Notes under the pieces: generated by a model
Told to the model about the DNA's origin: nothing
The model's input: the letters and a program-made list of their open reading frames with translations, nothing else
Database searches by the model: none
Shown: in pieces, positions 12,693 through 26,410 of the stretch
How the letters are laid out: the number at the start of each line of letters is the position of its first letter
How positions within the stretch are numbered: the stretch's first letter is position 1
Source: the human T2T-CHM13v2.0 reference genome, Homo sapiens
Assembly: GCF_009914755.1 (NCBI RefSeq)
Contig: NC_060925.1
Length of the DNA: 64,000 nt
Strand: one strand, 5' to 3'
Program-made: the position numbers and the translations under genes

Positions 12693-13402
12693 AATTCACC
12701 CCGGTGAGAATCTCATATGACTTGAAGGGAGACATTATTAAAAACTTTTACCTTTTGTTTTTCACAACAGGGAAACATTAATGGAAGCAAAATCCAACTG
12801 ACTCTTACCTGGCTTCCTGGTCACAGAAATAATAATCAGATGGCTACCAAGCCGCCTCAGTTTCCTCCAGGGGGCCAATGTCTAGGAGACTGAGAACTGA
12901 CTGATTTGAATGCACCCAGACTGAAGCAAGCCCACTTTCAGGCTGTCGTCTTTGGACAGTCAGATCCACTGCTCTAGACTCAACATTGAAGGAGAATAGC
13001 CGACGGCATCTATATCACCTCTGAAAAAAATAACACGGTGGTGCTTGGACATTGCTCTGTGGCTTCACTTGGTAGCTTTCTTGGCTTTCTTCTTCTTCCA
13101 TAGGAACTGGGCTTTTGTTGCATTTCCAAGCTCAGCCTACAGCTCTTTGACTGAGGAAATATATGATTTAAATACAAAGAGACAAATAGATAAGTCAGAG
13201 TCTGTTCCCAACGACCCATCATCTGGCAAATTATGTGGAGCTATCTATTTCTATAATCTTAACCCAGGTGGAGAACTTACCAAGTTAATGTCAGGGGTGA
13301 AGAATGGGCTATTCCAATTGGATTCAATCAATAAACATTTTTTTCTTCATCCACAAAAAGGAGCTGCTATCATGTATAACGTAAAAGGAGAAAGCAACTC
13401 CT

Positions 13403-13900
13403 AGTTCACTAAAAAATATGTGTTTTGGAGTACCTATTATGTGTGTGCTGTTCACAATGAAAAAAAGATAAAGTTTTTGTCTCAAGTTGCTTATGGCCTT
13501 TCGAAAAATAGTCTAAAAACCCACCCTGTAAAATTGCTCTGATAGACGCATGTGCATGATACTAAAGAAGCAGAGAGAAGGGAGCACTGAATTCATCCTG
13601 GGCTGGTAGTTTTCTTGGAGCAAAGACTATCGGATCTTAACACAGGTCTGGAAATATGGTGTCACAGACTGAAGAGTCAGAGGTGGGGTTAGCCAGGGAC
13701 TAGGAAAGTCTGAAACAAAAGAGATCACATGGATTTCCAAGATAAGCAGTGTTTTGTCGTCTAGAATTTTGGGGGTGAATGATGGGGAGAAGGATGAAAC
13801 TGAACAGAGGTGTTCAGTGGCCGCATCATACTGGACCTTCAAGACCAGTCTCCTTGCAGAGACATGGGTCTGCCTGACTATATACTTCTTGAGCCTGTGG
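13403..13900 (-). mobile_element. L2 fragment (antisense)
   Basis: TTCACTAAAAAATATGTGTTTTGGAGTACCTATTATGTG..CTCAAGTTGCTTATGG..; diverged. Confidence 0.45.
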
Positions 13901-15849
13901 CTTTCCTCTTCATTCAATGAGCTTGGATTATTGCAGAAAGAGCGAGAGCTATGCTCCAATTCCCTATTCCTGCTCTTCTGACTGCTCTCCCCTTTATAAC
14001 TAATCCTGAATGGCTCTGGAAACCTCTGATTTTTAAGTAGAACTTCAATATACAGCCATTACAACTGGGAAGAAGGAGGAATAAAATCTTTTGAGCAAAT
14101 ATCCTTGAGGCTGTGAATCCACAGAAACGGACATCAGGAAGAGACCATATTTTAGGTCTGGCTACCAGAAAGAACGCAGTAGTAAGAGCTCTCCATAATC
14201 AACAAAAACAGACATGGGTTATTCTCTTTTTATTATTACCAACATCACTGTCCTTTGCCTCAGTGTTTTTATCATTGTGGGATTTATAAAAAGGGCATAG
14301 ACTCCAGACAAAATAAGTTCTTGCATTTTATTTTCCCAGTTGTCGCCTGTCATTTGGGAAGCAGATCAAGAGTGAGAAAGAGTGTCTCACTTTCTTTCCA
14401 CTCCACCATCATACAGTCCTACCCTCTTTAAAGAAAAAGAAATGACTTCTTTTACTAGGTAGTCATCCCATATCTCTCTGACATGGGACAAGCAAACATT
14501 CCACTTTCTAGCAGATTAATGAAAACCAAGCATCCTGTTCAGCGGGTGTCCATGACTGGATGTTGGTTACCGAATGTGCTTATTCACATTTTCACAGTGC
14601 TGGCTGGGCTGCCTGCTGGCCTGCATTCTGTTTCTATCACTAGTTTCCTTTTGCCTTTGGCTCCTTCACTTGGCTTTTCTCTGTCCATTTAGCTGCTATC
14701 TGTTTCTCTTGTACTAATCTAGTATATATTGCAAATAATGTTTTTGATGAAAGGAGCTTTCCTTGTGATGGATTTGATTTTATTTTACAATAGAATTAAA
14801 ACCCAAATTGGCTTTACTGCCTTTTCTTGATGTTATTTATTCAAATTAATTTCAGAAGTATAATAACCTGTTTGGTTATGATCTAGCCACATTTCATATG
14901 CTAGTTTCTCTGTATCAGAATTCAAGTCTCATGAGTAAATGCAATACGAATTTTCAGATATATCCAGACTTAGGTTTCAAATTTAGATAAAAAACTTTAT
15001 GGTGTGCATCAACTATACGTGACATATGTAACTTACATTCTCAGCTAATTCAGTGACTTAGGGAAAAGAAGTCAAGGATCAAGTCAGTTTTTACTGACTT
15101 ATTCCTAGAGTAAGGTTTATAACTGTTATAATTGCATCTCTCATGTTTCTATCATGAAATGGAAGGACACAATTTTCATATTTGAACAAAAGAATTGGAC
15201 CCATGATCTCGAATTATTCAATAGGTTTCAATAGGCACAGAATATTTCCAAGGTTTCACATGTTTTCACATCATTTCTCTTGATATGTGAAGTGGGGTTA
15301 ATCATGTGCTAAAATTCAATGAAAATTCACTTGTGGAAAGAAATCTTTACCAATTAATGACTAAGCTAACGATTTCCTAATCTCTACTGTGAATACAAGA
15401 ACACCATGGAAGAGGTGCACAATTAGGCTTACAGGAGAACATGTAATACTGTGAAGATAAGTTAATTGTATCTTGCAGTATGCCTAAATTTTACTGAACA
15501 TTTGATATTGAGGTTTTGAGCTTTTGATATATGGATAACCTTTTCAAAATCATTTAGTCTTTAATAACACTTCTTTTGTTCATTCACTGAGAGTATAGAT
15601 CTTGATCTTAAAGCATCTTTCGTTTCATTGAATACAGTAAAATCTTAGAAATAAATCCATTAACTCATTAATACCTTTACTTTTAGGTAGTAAAGGTGGT
15701 GAGAAATTTCATGATGATAGATATTATATAATGATGATTTTAGTTACTGAGAATAACTAATAAGCTTAACATGGGAACTCTGTGCTATGGTATATCTTAA
15801 CTTTCTCCTTTTACTCGTTATGAAATGCAGTTGAGAGTGCTGCAGGTAG

Positions 15850-16245
15850 TAGAAGACTAACAAATACTGACATAAGGAAGGGGTTATTTTTCTCACATAA
15901 CTAAGAGCCTGAAAACAGCGTGCTGGCAGCATTGATTCAGAAGCTCAGTGATGGTAGAGCCGCTGTCTGGGTATCTCTCGGTCTTTTTCTCCTGTGTCAA
16001 TTCAGAGTCACAAAAATGGCTGTTGAGCTTCTGTCCGTCATAATAGTATTTATATTCCATGCAGGAAGGAATAGTATCTATATTCCATGCAGAAAGGGTG
16101 GGGGTAGCTGAAGGGGCATGCCACCAGTCTTTTTATTTAAAAAATTTATCCTAGAAGCCCCAGATAGATTTTCTGCTTTTACATTTTATTGGCCAGAACT
16201 GGGTCTTGTGGCCATTTTTACAGCAATAACTGAAACTGCCTTGGG
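15850..16245 (-). mobile_element. Old MLT1 (K/L-like) LTR fragment
   Basis: GGGTTATTTTTCTCACATAACTAAGAG...ATTGGCCAGAACTGGGTCTTGTGGCCA. Confidence 0.5.
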
Positions 16246-16544
16246 TGGAGTGGGCACTAGGACACAGAACCAACAGTACCTGCCAAAGAATTATTAAGCA
16301 CAATCACAGTGGTGTGAGTTTTTCAGGAAATTTTAATAATGCCTTAAACAAGAGTTATATGATAGAAAAAGGAAATGGGAGCCATCTAGCTGGTTTTTCA
16401 TATATTCCTCTACTATTTTCTTTGTCAGCACTTCCTATGATAGTCCTTTTGTATCTGGGTTGAGCTTAACTAAATATTTGATAAATTAAGTATAGAAACC
16501 AACACAAGTTGTGTTACACAGTACAATGGGACATGTTGTAAGTA

Positions 16545-19500
16545 TTTTTTTAATCGGTGCAAATTTAAGGGGTACATGAGAAATTTATTAAATGTATATA
16601 ATAATGCGTAGTGATCAAGTCAGAGTATTCAAAGTGTTCATCACCCAAGTAAAATACATTTTTTAAAAGTATAGTCATCCTATTCTGCTATCAAACGTTG
16701 AATTTATTACTTCCAGTTTACTGTATGTTTGTACCCTTTAATCTACTTCTCTTCACCCTCCCCCTCCCCACGAACCTTTCCCAGTCTCTGTTATCTATTT
16801 TTCTACCCTCTACCTCTATATGTCCAAATTTTTTAGTTCCCACATATCAGTTAGAGCATGTGATATTTGTCTTTGCGTGCCTGACTTATGTCACTTAAGA
16901 TAATAACTTCCAGTGCCATTCATGTTGTTGCAAATGACATGATTTCATTATGTATATCACATTTTCTTTATCTATTCATCCATTAAGGAACACTTAGGTT
17001 GATTTCTTATCTTTACTATTGTGAATAGTACTGCAATAAACATGAGTGCAGGTATTGCTTTGATAATATTAATTTATTTTCCTTAGATACCCAGTGTGAA
17101 GGCTGCTGGATCAAATGGTAATTCTATCTTCAGTTTTTTTTTTTTTTAAGAAATTTTCATACTGTTTTTTATAAGAACTGTACTACTTTACATTACTACC
17201 AAAAGTACATAAAAGTTCCTTCCCTTTTCTTTACACCTTTACAAACATCTATTATTTTTTGTATTTTTTAATAGTAGCTGTTATGATTGGAGTAAGATGA
17301 TACCTCATTGTGATTTTGATTTGTATTTCTCTGATGATTAGTAATGTTGAACATTTTTCATATACCATTTTTTGAAACCTGGCTGTTCATATGTCTTCTT
17401 TTGAGAAATAGATACTCATTTCCTTTGCCCACTTTTTTAATGGGATTATTTGCTTTTTTCCTGTTGAGTTGTTTGAATAAGTTTTTGTTGGCTTTGTTGA
17501 AGATCAGTTGACTGTAAATATGAGGCTTTATTTCTTGGTTCTTTATTCTGTGCCATGGGTCTATGTGTCTATTTTTATACCAGTATCATGCTGTTTTGGT
17601 TACTATAGCTTTGCAGTATAATTCAAAGTCAGGTAATGTGATGCCCGCAGCTTTGTTCTTTTTGCTCAGAATTGTTAAGACTATTCAGACTCTTTTTATT
17701 GTTGTTGTTGTTTCTTATGAATTTTGGGATTGTTAATTTTAATTCTGTGAAGAATGATGTTGATATTTTGATAGGGATTGTATTGAATTTGTATACTACT
17801 TTGGGCAATGTGGTCAGTTTAACAATATTGATTCTTCTGATCCATGAGCATGAAATGTTTTTCATTTGTTTGTGTCATCTTCAATTTATTTCATCAGTGT
17901 TTTGTAGTTTTCCTTGTAGTGAACTTTCACTTCCTTGGTTAAGTATATTCTTAGGTATTTTGTTTTCTTTTATTTTTGCAGCAATCATAAATGGGATTGC
18001 TTTCTTGATTTCTTATTTGACTAGACCACTAATAGTGTATTGAAATGTTACTGATTTTTATAGTAGTACTATGTTAAATAGGAATGGTGAAAATAGGCAT
18101 CCTTTTCTTGTTCTAGTTCTTAGAGGAAAGGCTTTCACCTTTCCCCCATTCACTATGATGTTATCTGTGGGTTTGTCTTATATGGTCTTTTATTATTGTG
18201 AGGTACGTTTCTTCTATTTCTAGTTTGTTGAGAGTTTTTAATCATGAAAGAATGTTGAATTTTATCAAGTGCTTTTTCTGTGTCTCTTAAGATGATCATA
18301 TGGTTTTTGCCTTTCATTCTGTTAATGATATATCATATTTATTGATTTATGTATGTTAAACCATCCTTGCATTCCTTGTATAAAACCCACCTGATTGTGG
18401 TGTAATATCATTTTGATGTGCCATTGGATTTTGTTTGTTAGTATTTTGTTGAAGATTTTTGCATGTATGTTCACCAGAGATATTAGCCTGTAGTTTTCTT
18501 CTTTTGTTGTTGTGCCTTTCCCTGGTTTGGTGATCAGAGCAATACTGGTCTCAAAATAAGTTAAGGATAATTTTCTCCTCTTGAATTTTTTAGAATTGTT
18601 TCAGGAGGATTGATATTCTTCCTTGTATATTTGGTAGAATTTGGCTGTGAATCTATCCAGTCCTGGGCTTCTTTTTGTTGGGAGACTTTTTATTACTGAT
18701 TCAATCTCACTACTCATTACTGGTCTGGGAGTTCCCTATTTCTTTCTGATTAAATATTGATAGCTTGTATGTTTCTAATAATTGATACACTTCCGCAAAG
18801 TTTTTCAGTTTGTGAGCATATAGTTGTTTGTAATTGTCTCTGATGATCTTTTGTAATTCTGTGGTATCTGTTGCAATGTCTCTCTTTTTTGTTTCCGATT
18901 TTGCTTACTTGGGCCTTCTCTTTTATTCTAGCTAGTAGTTTATCAATTTTGTTTATCTTTTCAAAGAACCAACTTTTTGTTTCATTGTTCCTTTGTATTG
19001 TTTCTTTAGACACTATTACATTTACTTCTGCTCTGATCTTTATTATTTATTTTATTCTGCTAATTTGGGTTTTTTCTTGCTTTTATAGCTCCTTAAGGTT
19101 CACAGTTAGATTGTTAGTTTTTAATTTTTCTACTTTTTTGATGTGGGCATTTATTGCTATAAACTTCCCTCTTGGCACTGTTTTTGCTGTATCCTACAGG
19201 TGTCAGTATGTTGTTTTCCTTTTTATTTATTTCAAGGGATTTTTAATTCTCCATCTTAATTTTTTTTATTGACAAAGTGGTCATTAAGAAAAACGATTTT
19301 TAATTTCTATGTATTTGTATAGTTTCCAGAGTTCCTCTTGTTATTGCCTTCTAGTTTTATTTCACAGTCTGAGAAGATACCTGATGTGATTTCAACTTTT
19401 AAATATTTGGTGAAACTTGTTTTGTGGGCTGACATATGTTCTGTCCTGGAGAATGTTCCATGTGCTGGTGAAAAGAATGACATTCTGCAGTCATTGGATA

Positions 19501-22500
19501 GAGTGTTCCATAAATATCTGTTAGGTATATTTGGGCTGAAGTTCAGTTTAAATGACATGTTTCTTTATTGATTTTCTCTCTAGATGATCTGTCTAATGCT
19601 GAGAGTAAGATGTTTAAGCTCCCCACTATTATTGTACTGCAGTCTATCTATTTAGTTTCATTAATATTTTTTAATGAATCTGGGTGCTGTAGTGTAGGGT
19701 GTTTGTAAATTTAGAATTTTTTATCCTCATGCTGAATTGATACCTTTATCATTATAATGATCTCCTGTATTAGTCTGTTCTTGCACTGATATAAATAAAT
19801 ACCTGAGATGGGGTAATATATTTAAAAAAGAAGTTCAATTGGCTCACAGTTTCTCAGGCTGCACAGGAAGCATAGCACCATCTGCTTTTGGGGTACCTCA
19901 GAGACCTTTTACTCACAGTGGAAGACAAAGTGGGAGCAGGTATCTTACATGGCAAGAGCAGGTCCAAGAGACAGACGGGGAGGTGCTACATACTTTTAAA
20001 CAACCAGATTGTGTGAGAACTCACTCATTATCACAAGAACAGCACCAAAGGGATGGTGCAAAACCATTCATGATAAGCCCACTGCCATGATCCAATCACC
20101 TCCCACCAGGACCCTCTCCAACACTGGGAATTACATTTCAACATGAGATTGAGGTGGGGACACAGAACCAAAGCATATCACCTTTTTTTTTTTCTTTTTT
20201 CCACTATGTTTGACTTAAAGACTGTTATTTTTTTTTCATATGAGTATTGCTACTCCACTTGCTTTTGGTTTGCCTTTGTCTGGAATATCTTTTTTCCCTC
20301 CTTCACTTTCAGTCTATACTGGTAAGGTGTGTTTCTTGTTAGCAACACATAGTTGGATCGTGTTTTTTTCCATTCAGCCATTCTGTATCTTTCAAGAGGA
20401 GAATTTAATTCTTTATATTTAATATATTGACATGTGAGGCTTCCTTCCTGTCATATTGTGGATTGTTTTCTGGTTGTCTTAGCTCCTTTCTTTTTCTCTT
20501 GCAGTTCATCATGGATTTGTGGATTCCCATAGTGGTACCATTTGAGTCTTTTCTCTTCCTCCTTTGTATTGTTGCTTTATGAGTGAGTTTTATAGTTTCA
20601 TATGTTTTTATGATGGTAAATATAATGCTTCACTTCCAGGTTTAGGACTCTCTTGAGCATTTTTTATAGGACTGGTCTAGGGGTAACAAATTCTCTCAGG
20701 ATTTATTTATCTGAGAATGACTTTGTTTCTCCTTTGTTTAAGAAGGATAATTTTGATGGACATAGTAGTTTTATATGGCAGGTTTTTTTTCTTTTAGCAC
20801 TCTGAATATATCACCCCATCCTTTTCTGGCCTATAAGGCTTCTGCTGAGAAATCCATTATTAGTCTGTAGAGGTTTTCTTTAAACATGACTGGATGCTTT
20901 TCTATTGCTGTTTTTAGGATTTTCTCTTTAACTTTGACTTTAGACAGTCTGATTATAACAAAGGAGAAGGTCTTTTGCATTGCATCTGCCTGGGAATTGT
21001 TGAGCTTTCTGTGTCTGAATGTCTAAATCTCTTACTAGATTTGTAAAGTTTAAAATTTGTTATTTTATTAAATAGATTTCCTAATCCTTTCTTTGTTTTT
21101 TCACCCTCAGGGATACTAACAATTCACAAATTTGGTTGCTTTGTTTGGTCCCAAATGTCATGAAGCTTTGTTCATTTTTTAATTATTATTATTTTCTTTA
21201 TTTTTTTTTCTGGCTGGATTAATTCAAAAGTCCTGTCTTCAAATTCCAAGATTTTTTATTCTGCTTAATCTAGTCTATTGTTGAAGCTTTCAAATGTATT
21301 TTGTATTTCCTTCCATAAATCCTTCAACTTCAGAACTTCCATTTGGTTGTTTTAAAAAACATTTATCTCATTGATAAATTTTTCATTGATGTGTTGAATT
21401 GTTTTTCTGGTTTCATTGTAATATTTTCAGAATTCTATCTCACTGAGCTTTAAAATCAATATTTTGAATTCTTTATTTTAAATCTGGAAAATTTCTTTTT
21501 AATTAAGACACTTTGCTGGGCAACTACTGTGTTCCTTTGGAAGTGTCGAATTTCTTTGCTTTTTCATGTTTCTTGTGTTTTTATGTTGCTATTGACACAT
21601 CTGGTGTAACAGTTGCTTCTCCCTGTTTTTGAGTTTACTTTCACAAGGGTAAACATTTTCTTGAAGATGTGTCTACGATGTTGGTTGAGTAGGGTATTTT
21701 GCTTCAATTCTGGGTGCATACAGTGGTGTAATCTCTGTATGATTTATCTGGTTACAAACAATATTATTAGTATCTGTAATTTACTTGGTGGGTTAGGATG
21801 AGACTATTACTGGAGGCTATGGTGATGCTGTGCTGGGGACTGGGATACGAGTTGAGCTTGTCTTCAGGCTCCTGTGGTGGCAATAGTGGCCCAAGCATAC
21901 CTATCTTTGTGCCTCTGGTCAGTGCTGGCACTTGTTGGTGGTGGCCAGCACGTGGATTCATGGGCCTCCAGGGGAGTTGCTCAGATCCTGATAGTGTCAG
22001 CAGTGGACCAGGTGAGTGGGTAGGTCCTCAGGCCCCTGGATAGCTAGCATAGTGTAGGTGATGAGAGTAGCAATGACAGGATGATTCTCTAGGCCTCAAA
22101 TAATGTGTGTTGCTGTTGACAGTGGCTATGTTGGGCTGAGTCGGCCAGCCTCCAGGCCTGCAGGTGGCACTTGCAGTTGTGGTGGTAGTGGCCAGAAGTT
22201 TAAGCCCGAATTTAGGCCCTCTGGAGGATTGGTCCAAGGTCCAAGGTCCAAGGTGGTATATTGCTTTGGGCAATACACTGGACCCCAGATTATGGGCTCT
22301 GTCTTGGAGGGGGTCCAAGTTGGGCTTTGTGGCCTTGTTTTCAGGCTCCTCAATGGTTACAGTAAGTACCAGCTGTGGGGTGCAGTTGTGTGGGACAACC
22401 CTGAGGCCCCAGGTAGAATTCTTGGTTGAGGTGAGGTAGCAGTCATGCTGAGGCCCTGCCACTGGAGATGGTGAGGCTTCCCTCAGTTATCACAGCCTGC

Positions 22501-23245
22501 CAGCAGGTGGGTGGGAAACACGTGTCTCCTTCACACCTCAATCATGGTGGGACTTGCTCCCCACAACTGGCTGCAGGATCTCATGACCAGTTCACAACCA
22601 AGTTCCAGCAGCAAATTGCGCCCTGCTTGCATTCCCATCTCAGATTCTGACAGTGCTGCACTGACTTTCTGGCATTGGTCACTGCCACCCAGGCCTTGCT
22701 CATTTTCCAGTCCTAGTTGCTGGAGTCCTCCTGGCTTGCTCCCCTATATCTGGTTCCATAATGAGTTTCCATAATGCCTTGGTTCTGGCACAGCTGAGTC
22801 CCAGGACAGTGTGAAGTTCTCCAGAGGCTAGTTTTGAAAATGGTGCCTTACTGCTGCTGCTTAAGTCTCAGAAAAGGTGTGGGACCAAGTGCAAGCTCCT
22901 TCCCTGAAACAGTTCTGTCCCATGATCTCCTGGCAGCTTCCTATGTTAGTTTCAGTGGTTGGGAGGGATAAGGGCTTCTCCCATGACCAGGACTACACAA
23001 TTCCACAGGGGGGATGTAGTCCACTGGAAGTCTCTTACTCCTTCCCTGCATAGGGAACTCACTCCCAGCTCCCAGCCAATCCTGGCTACAAAAGCTGCCT
23101 CTCCTTCTCCTTCCCTGCTTCTGGTGTCTTCTTTCCACAATCCTCACTTGGATAATGTACTTGAAGTTTGAGTGTCTATGTACTACTCTTGTTCTTCTAA
23201 GTGGAGGAGACACGCATAAAATGCTTCCAGTCAGCCGTCCTAAAC
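16545..23245 (-). mobile_element. Near-full-length L1MA (L1MA3-like), internally deleted, interrupted by an MST LTR
   Basis: Antisense 3' UTR at 16545 (GGGGTACATGAG..AGTGATCAAGTCAG); ORF2 remnants (ORF 17629-17865 [26 protein letters not shown]; 18750-19013 NETKSWFFEKINKIDKLLAR); ORF1-region sequence ~20.5-21.7 kb; GC-richer 5' UTR 21.8-23.2 kb ending CTTCCAGTCAGCCGTCC. Confidence 0.85.
19766..20180 (-). mobile_element. Solo MST LTR (MSTB-like) inserted in L1
   Basis: TGTATTAGTCTGTTCTTGCACTG...GGGGACACAGAACCAAAGCATATCA; L1 sequence resumes on both sides. Confidence 0.9.
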
Positions 23246-23264
23246 TCTCCTCCACAGTTTAACT

Positions 23265-23680
23265 GTTACATCAAGTACTCCCCTATGCCAAAAAAATATG
23301 CAAAAAAAAAAATCCCATCAAAACTCAGTGGATTAAAACAATAATAACTATTCTGGAGAATCTGTGAATAGCTGATTAATCTGTGCCATCTGAGGAGCTC
23401 TGCTGTGCTCTGCCTGCCTCTCATCCTCTTGCTGGAAATAGCAGTCAATTCCAGGCATATTCTTCTAGGGGATGGCTGTGGTGCAAGAGAGCAAGCCCCC
23501 ATGTAAGCACTTAGCACTTACTGAGCCTTTGCTTGCATCACGGCTGCAGGACTGCAGGACTGCAAGACTAGCTAAAGCAAGTCCTATAGCCAAGTTCAGA
23601 ATCAAGGGGGTTGAGAAATAAAACCACCCACAGAGTGTGAACATTTTTGAGGAATAACTTAATCTGCCATAGTCATCCAA
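23265..23680 (-). mobile_element. Old MLT1 (F/G/H-like) LTR fragment
   Basis: CAAAACTCAGTGGATTAAAACAATAA...GCTAAAGCAAGTCCTATAGCCAAG. Confidence 0.5.
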
Positions 23681-25950
23681 CCATCTTTGGGCAATCACTA
23701 GTTTTCAGTGATTGCTAGTGAAAACTAGTGATTGCTCTGGAATATCTAGCATAATATAGCACTATTTTCATCATGTGTTTGAAAAATAATTGTATAAGGA
23801 TTGTCTGAGGTTCTTGCCTGTATTTTTAATAAATATATATTTTTAAACAGTGAGGGAGAAAAATAGAGCCTACTATTCTGCTCAGGGTCACTGTGAAATG
23901 TCAATGGAAACTTGCTGTCATACGCTGATTGCAATGGAAATTGGCAGAGTACCAGACCTCTTAAGGCAGGAACCCCTAGAGGTGTTACTTTCAAGGCAGA
24001 TATACATTTTAAAATCTTTATGTAGGGAAGTTCTGGCTGGGAAAATAAGCTCAATATTATATAAATGTGCAAATGTCATGAAGAGTTCTTTCTGTTTCGA
24101 GGATAGCACTCATGTCAAAGGAGAGAATGACCCTGAAGCATCATGTTTACTCTGCTGATGAGATGAATGATATTTCATGACCTAGGTGATCCCCTTCATA
24201 AGGAGTTTCATCCTTGTACTATAACATTTTACTCTCTTATAATTGTCAGACCCTCAGACAGTCTATACTCCTTTATTGCAGAAACAATTACCCTGGAACA
24301 TCCTGTCTAGATCCTGTTTATTGTTTCCTCTTGCAGAGTAGGACAGTTGTGCCTGGTAACACATTTCAGGTCTTACAACAACTGAGTAATAAGAATAAGA
24401 ATAATAGACAACATTTACCAAACAATTCAGGCACTTTACCACATGGGGTAAATAGTATTGTTTCTCTTTTGTAATAGATAAAGAAATAGCTGCTTTGAAC
24501 CCTTAAGCAACCTAAGCTCACATAATGGATTTATTAAATTAAACATTAAAGAGTCTGTGGTTTTTAAGTTCAAGATAGAAGAGATAATTAATGTACTTGA
24601 CTGTGTATTCAGTTAAAAAAGTATTAGCATTGAGGATGATGGACATGTTCTTTATTATAAATATATTAGCTATCTATATTTTTGTACGCAATACCATATA
24701 CAACACATAAAGGGAAAAATTATCATTGACCTTGTGGTGCTTCATGAGAAACAGAAATGCCACTGAAGAGGTCTCAATGTGATCTTGAGAGAAGATGAAC
24801 AATTTTGCGAAGGAAACGTAGCACAGAAATTCTTTCAAAACTCAGTGATGCAAATTCACAGCTCTGGTTCATGCACTCGTTTGAGAAGAAGGTAGCCTCT
24901 GAAAGATGATGGGATTGACCTGTTGAATTATAATAGAAATAGTTCACAATATTAAACTACTTTTGTAAGTGGAGGAGAGACAGAACTCTGTTTTCTGGAT
25001 AATTGATGTGCACAGTGAGCTGAATGAATATCATCTATAAAGTCAAGAGGAGCTGAGCTGGTTGAACGGATAGGGCACATATTAAATTGATAGTGATTAA
25101 TTAGTTTTGTGTCACTTTGATGCTTTTAGACTTGTTCATGGTGTGGTTTTCAATTATTTTAGTATTATTGGAAGAGCCAAGATTAGACCATAGTTATTAG
25201 AATTAGATGAGTTACCTTATTTGCAGAGTGGGATAACCTTTGCTATTTTCCTTTCACGTGATCAGTGCCATTTACAAAGAAAAGAAAATGAGGTAATGAG
25301 GGCATATACAAAGGCTTCACAGAGCGCTAGATTTTTAAAAGCAGGATCAGATAAACCATACGCTCAACATTAAAAAAGATATTCAGATGGGTTGCTTAAA
25401 TTGTTATTGTCACTTGCTGTCATTTCTAAGTTATTCACATTAAGATGCAAAAAGACAAGAAGGAAGTGGACTTCTGAACTTCTGAGAAAAAATTAGAATA
25501 TTAAAACATCCTGATACCCTCACATTTAATTCAAAAACTTGTCCTCATGATGTCATTCAATATAATATACTTGAACATTAAAATGTATATAATAAAATAT
25601 ATTTATTCAAAGATTTATTCAAAATAAAATGAATATATAAAATAAGAGACAGGGAAAGAGAGGTGTCTGGGGAGTGACTAGTGATTAGTATCACAGAAAT
25701 CCTTGCTTCATCTTTACCGACCCCCTGGTGAAGGACAATTTAATCTCCCGACAAACTCTTTCTCATTATTGTATAAACAAAAAACAGTCTCTCTTACTTT
25801 AAAGAAAAATAAAAGGCTGCCATTTACTTCATGACCCCTATCTCCCTTTTATCAGTCACTCTTCTGTTAAGAGTATTCTTTGCTTCCATGTTTTTATTTG
25901 GATAAAACTGACTATGATGCATTGTTGATTTCCTAATTGCTAAATCCATC

Positions 25951-26218
25951 TTTTTTTTTTTAATTTTTTGAGACAAGGTCTCACTCTGTCACCCAGGCTG
26001 AAATGCTGTGGTGCAATCACAGCTCACTGCAGCCTAGCCCTCCTAGGCTCAAGTGATTAACCCATCTTATCCTCCCAAGTAGCTGGCCTTACAGACATAA
26101 ACCACCGTGCACAGAGTTTCACCATCTTGCCCAGGCTGATCTCAAACTCCTGGGCTCAAGTGATCTGATCACCTTGACCTCTCAAAGTCCTGGAATTATA
26201 GCGTGAGCACGCAGGGTC
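25951..26218 (-). mobile_element. AluJ with the central linker deleted
   Basis: AluJ diagnostics (CACAGCTCACTGCAGCC, CTCCTGGGCTCAAGTGATC); TSD TAAATCCATCTTTT (25941-25954) / TAAAGCCATCTTTT (26219-26232). Confidence 0.92.
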
Positions 26219-26234
26219 TAAAGCCATCTTTTAA

Positions 26235-26410
26235 CATCCTATATAACTAACTTTTTTGATGTTTATTGTATGCCCCTGCTCCCTCCCCAATTAGGATATA
26301 AACTCCAAGAAGGTATCTTTATCTGTTTTGCTCATTGATGTGTCCCCAGATTTTAGAATGATGCCTAGTACATATGGTGCTAAAATCAAATTTATTGAAT
26401 AGGTAAATGA
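26235..26410 (+). mobile_element. L2 3' end
   Basis: GGATATAAACTCCAAGAAGG..TGTGTCCCCAGA..TAGAATGATGCCTAGTACAT..TTTATTGAATAG. Confidence 0.6.

Noticed and set aside
12448-12735. Arg/Lys/Glu-rich and Phe/Leu/Ser-rich ORFs
   Set aside because: Translations of the GA/GAAA microsatellite.
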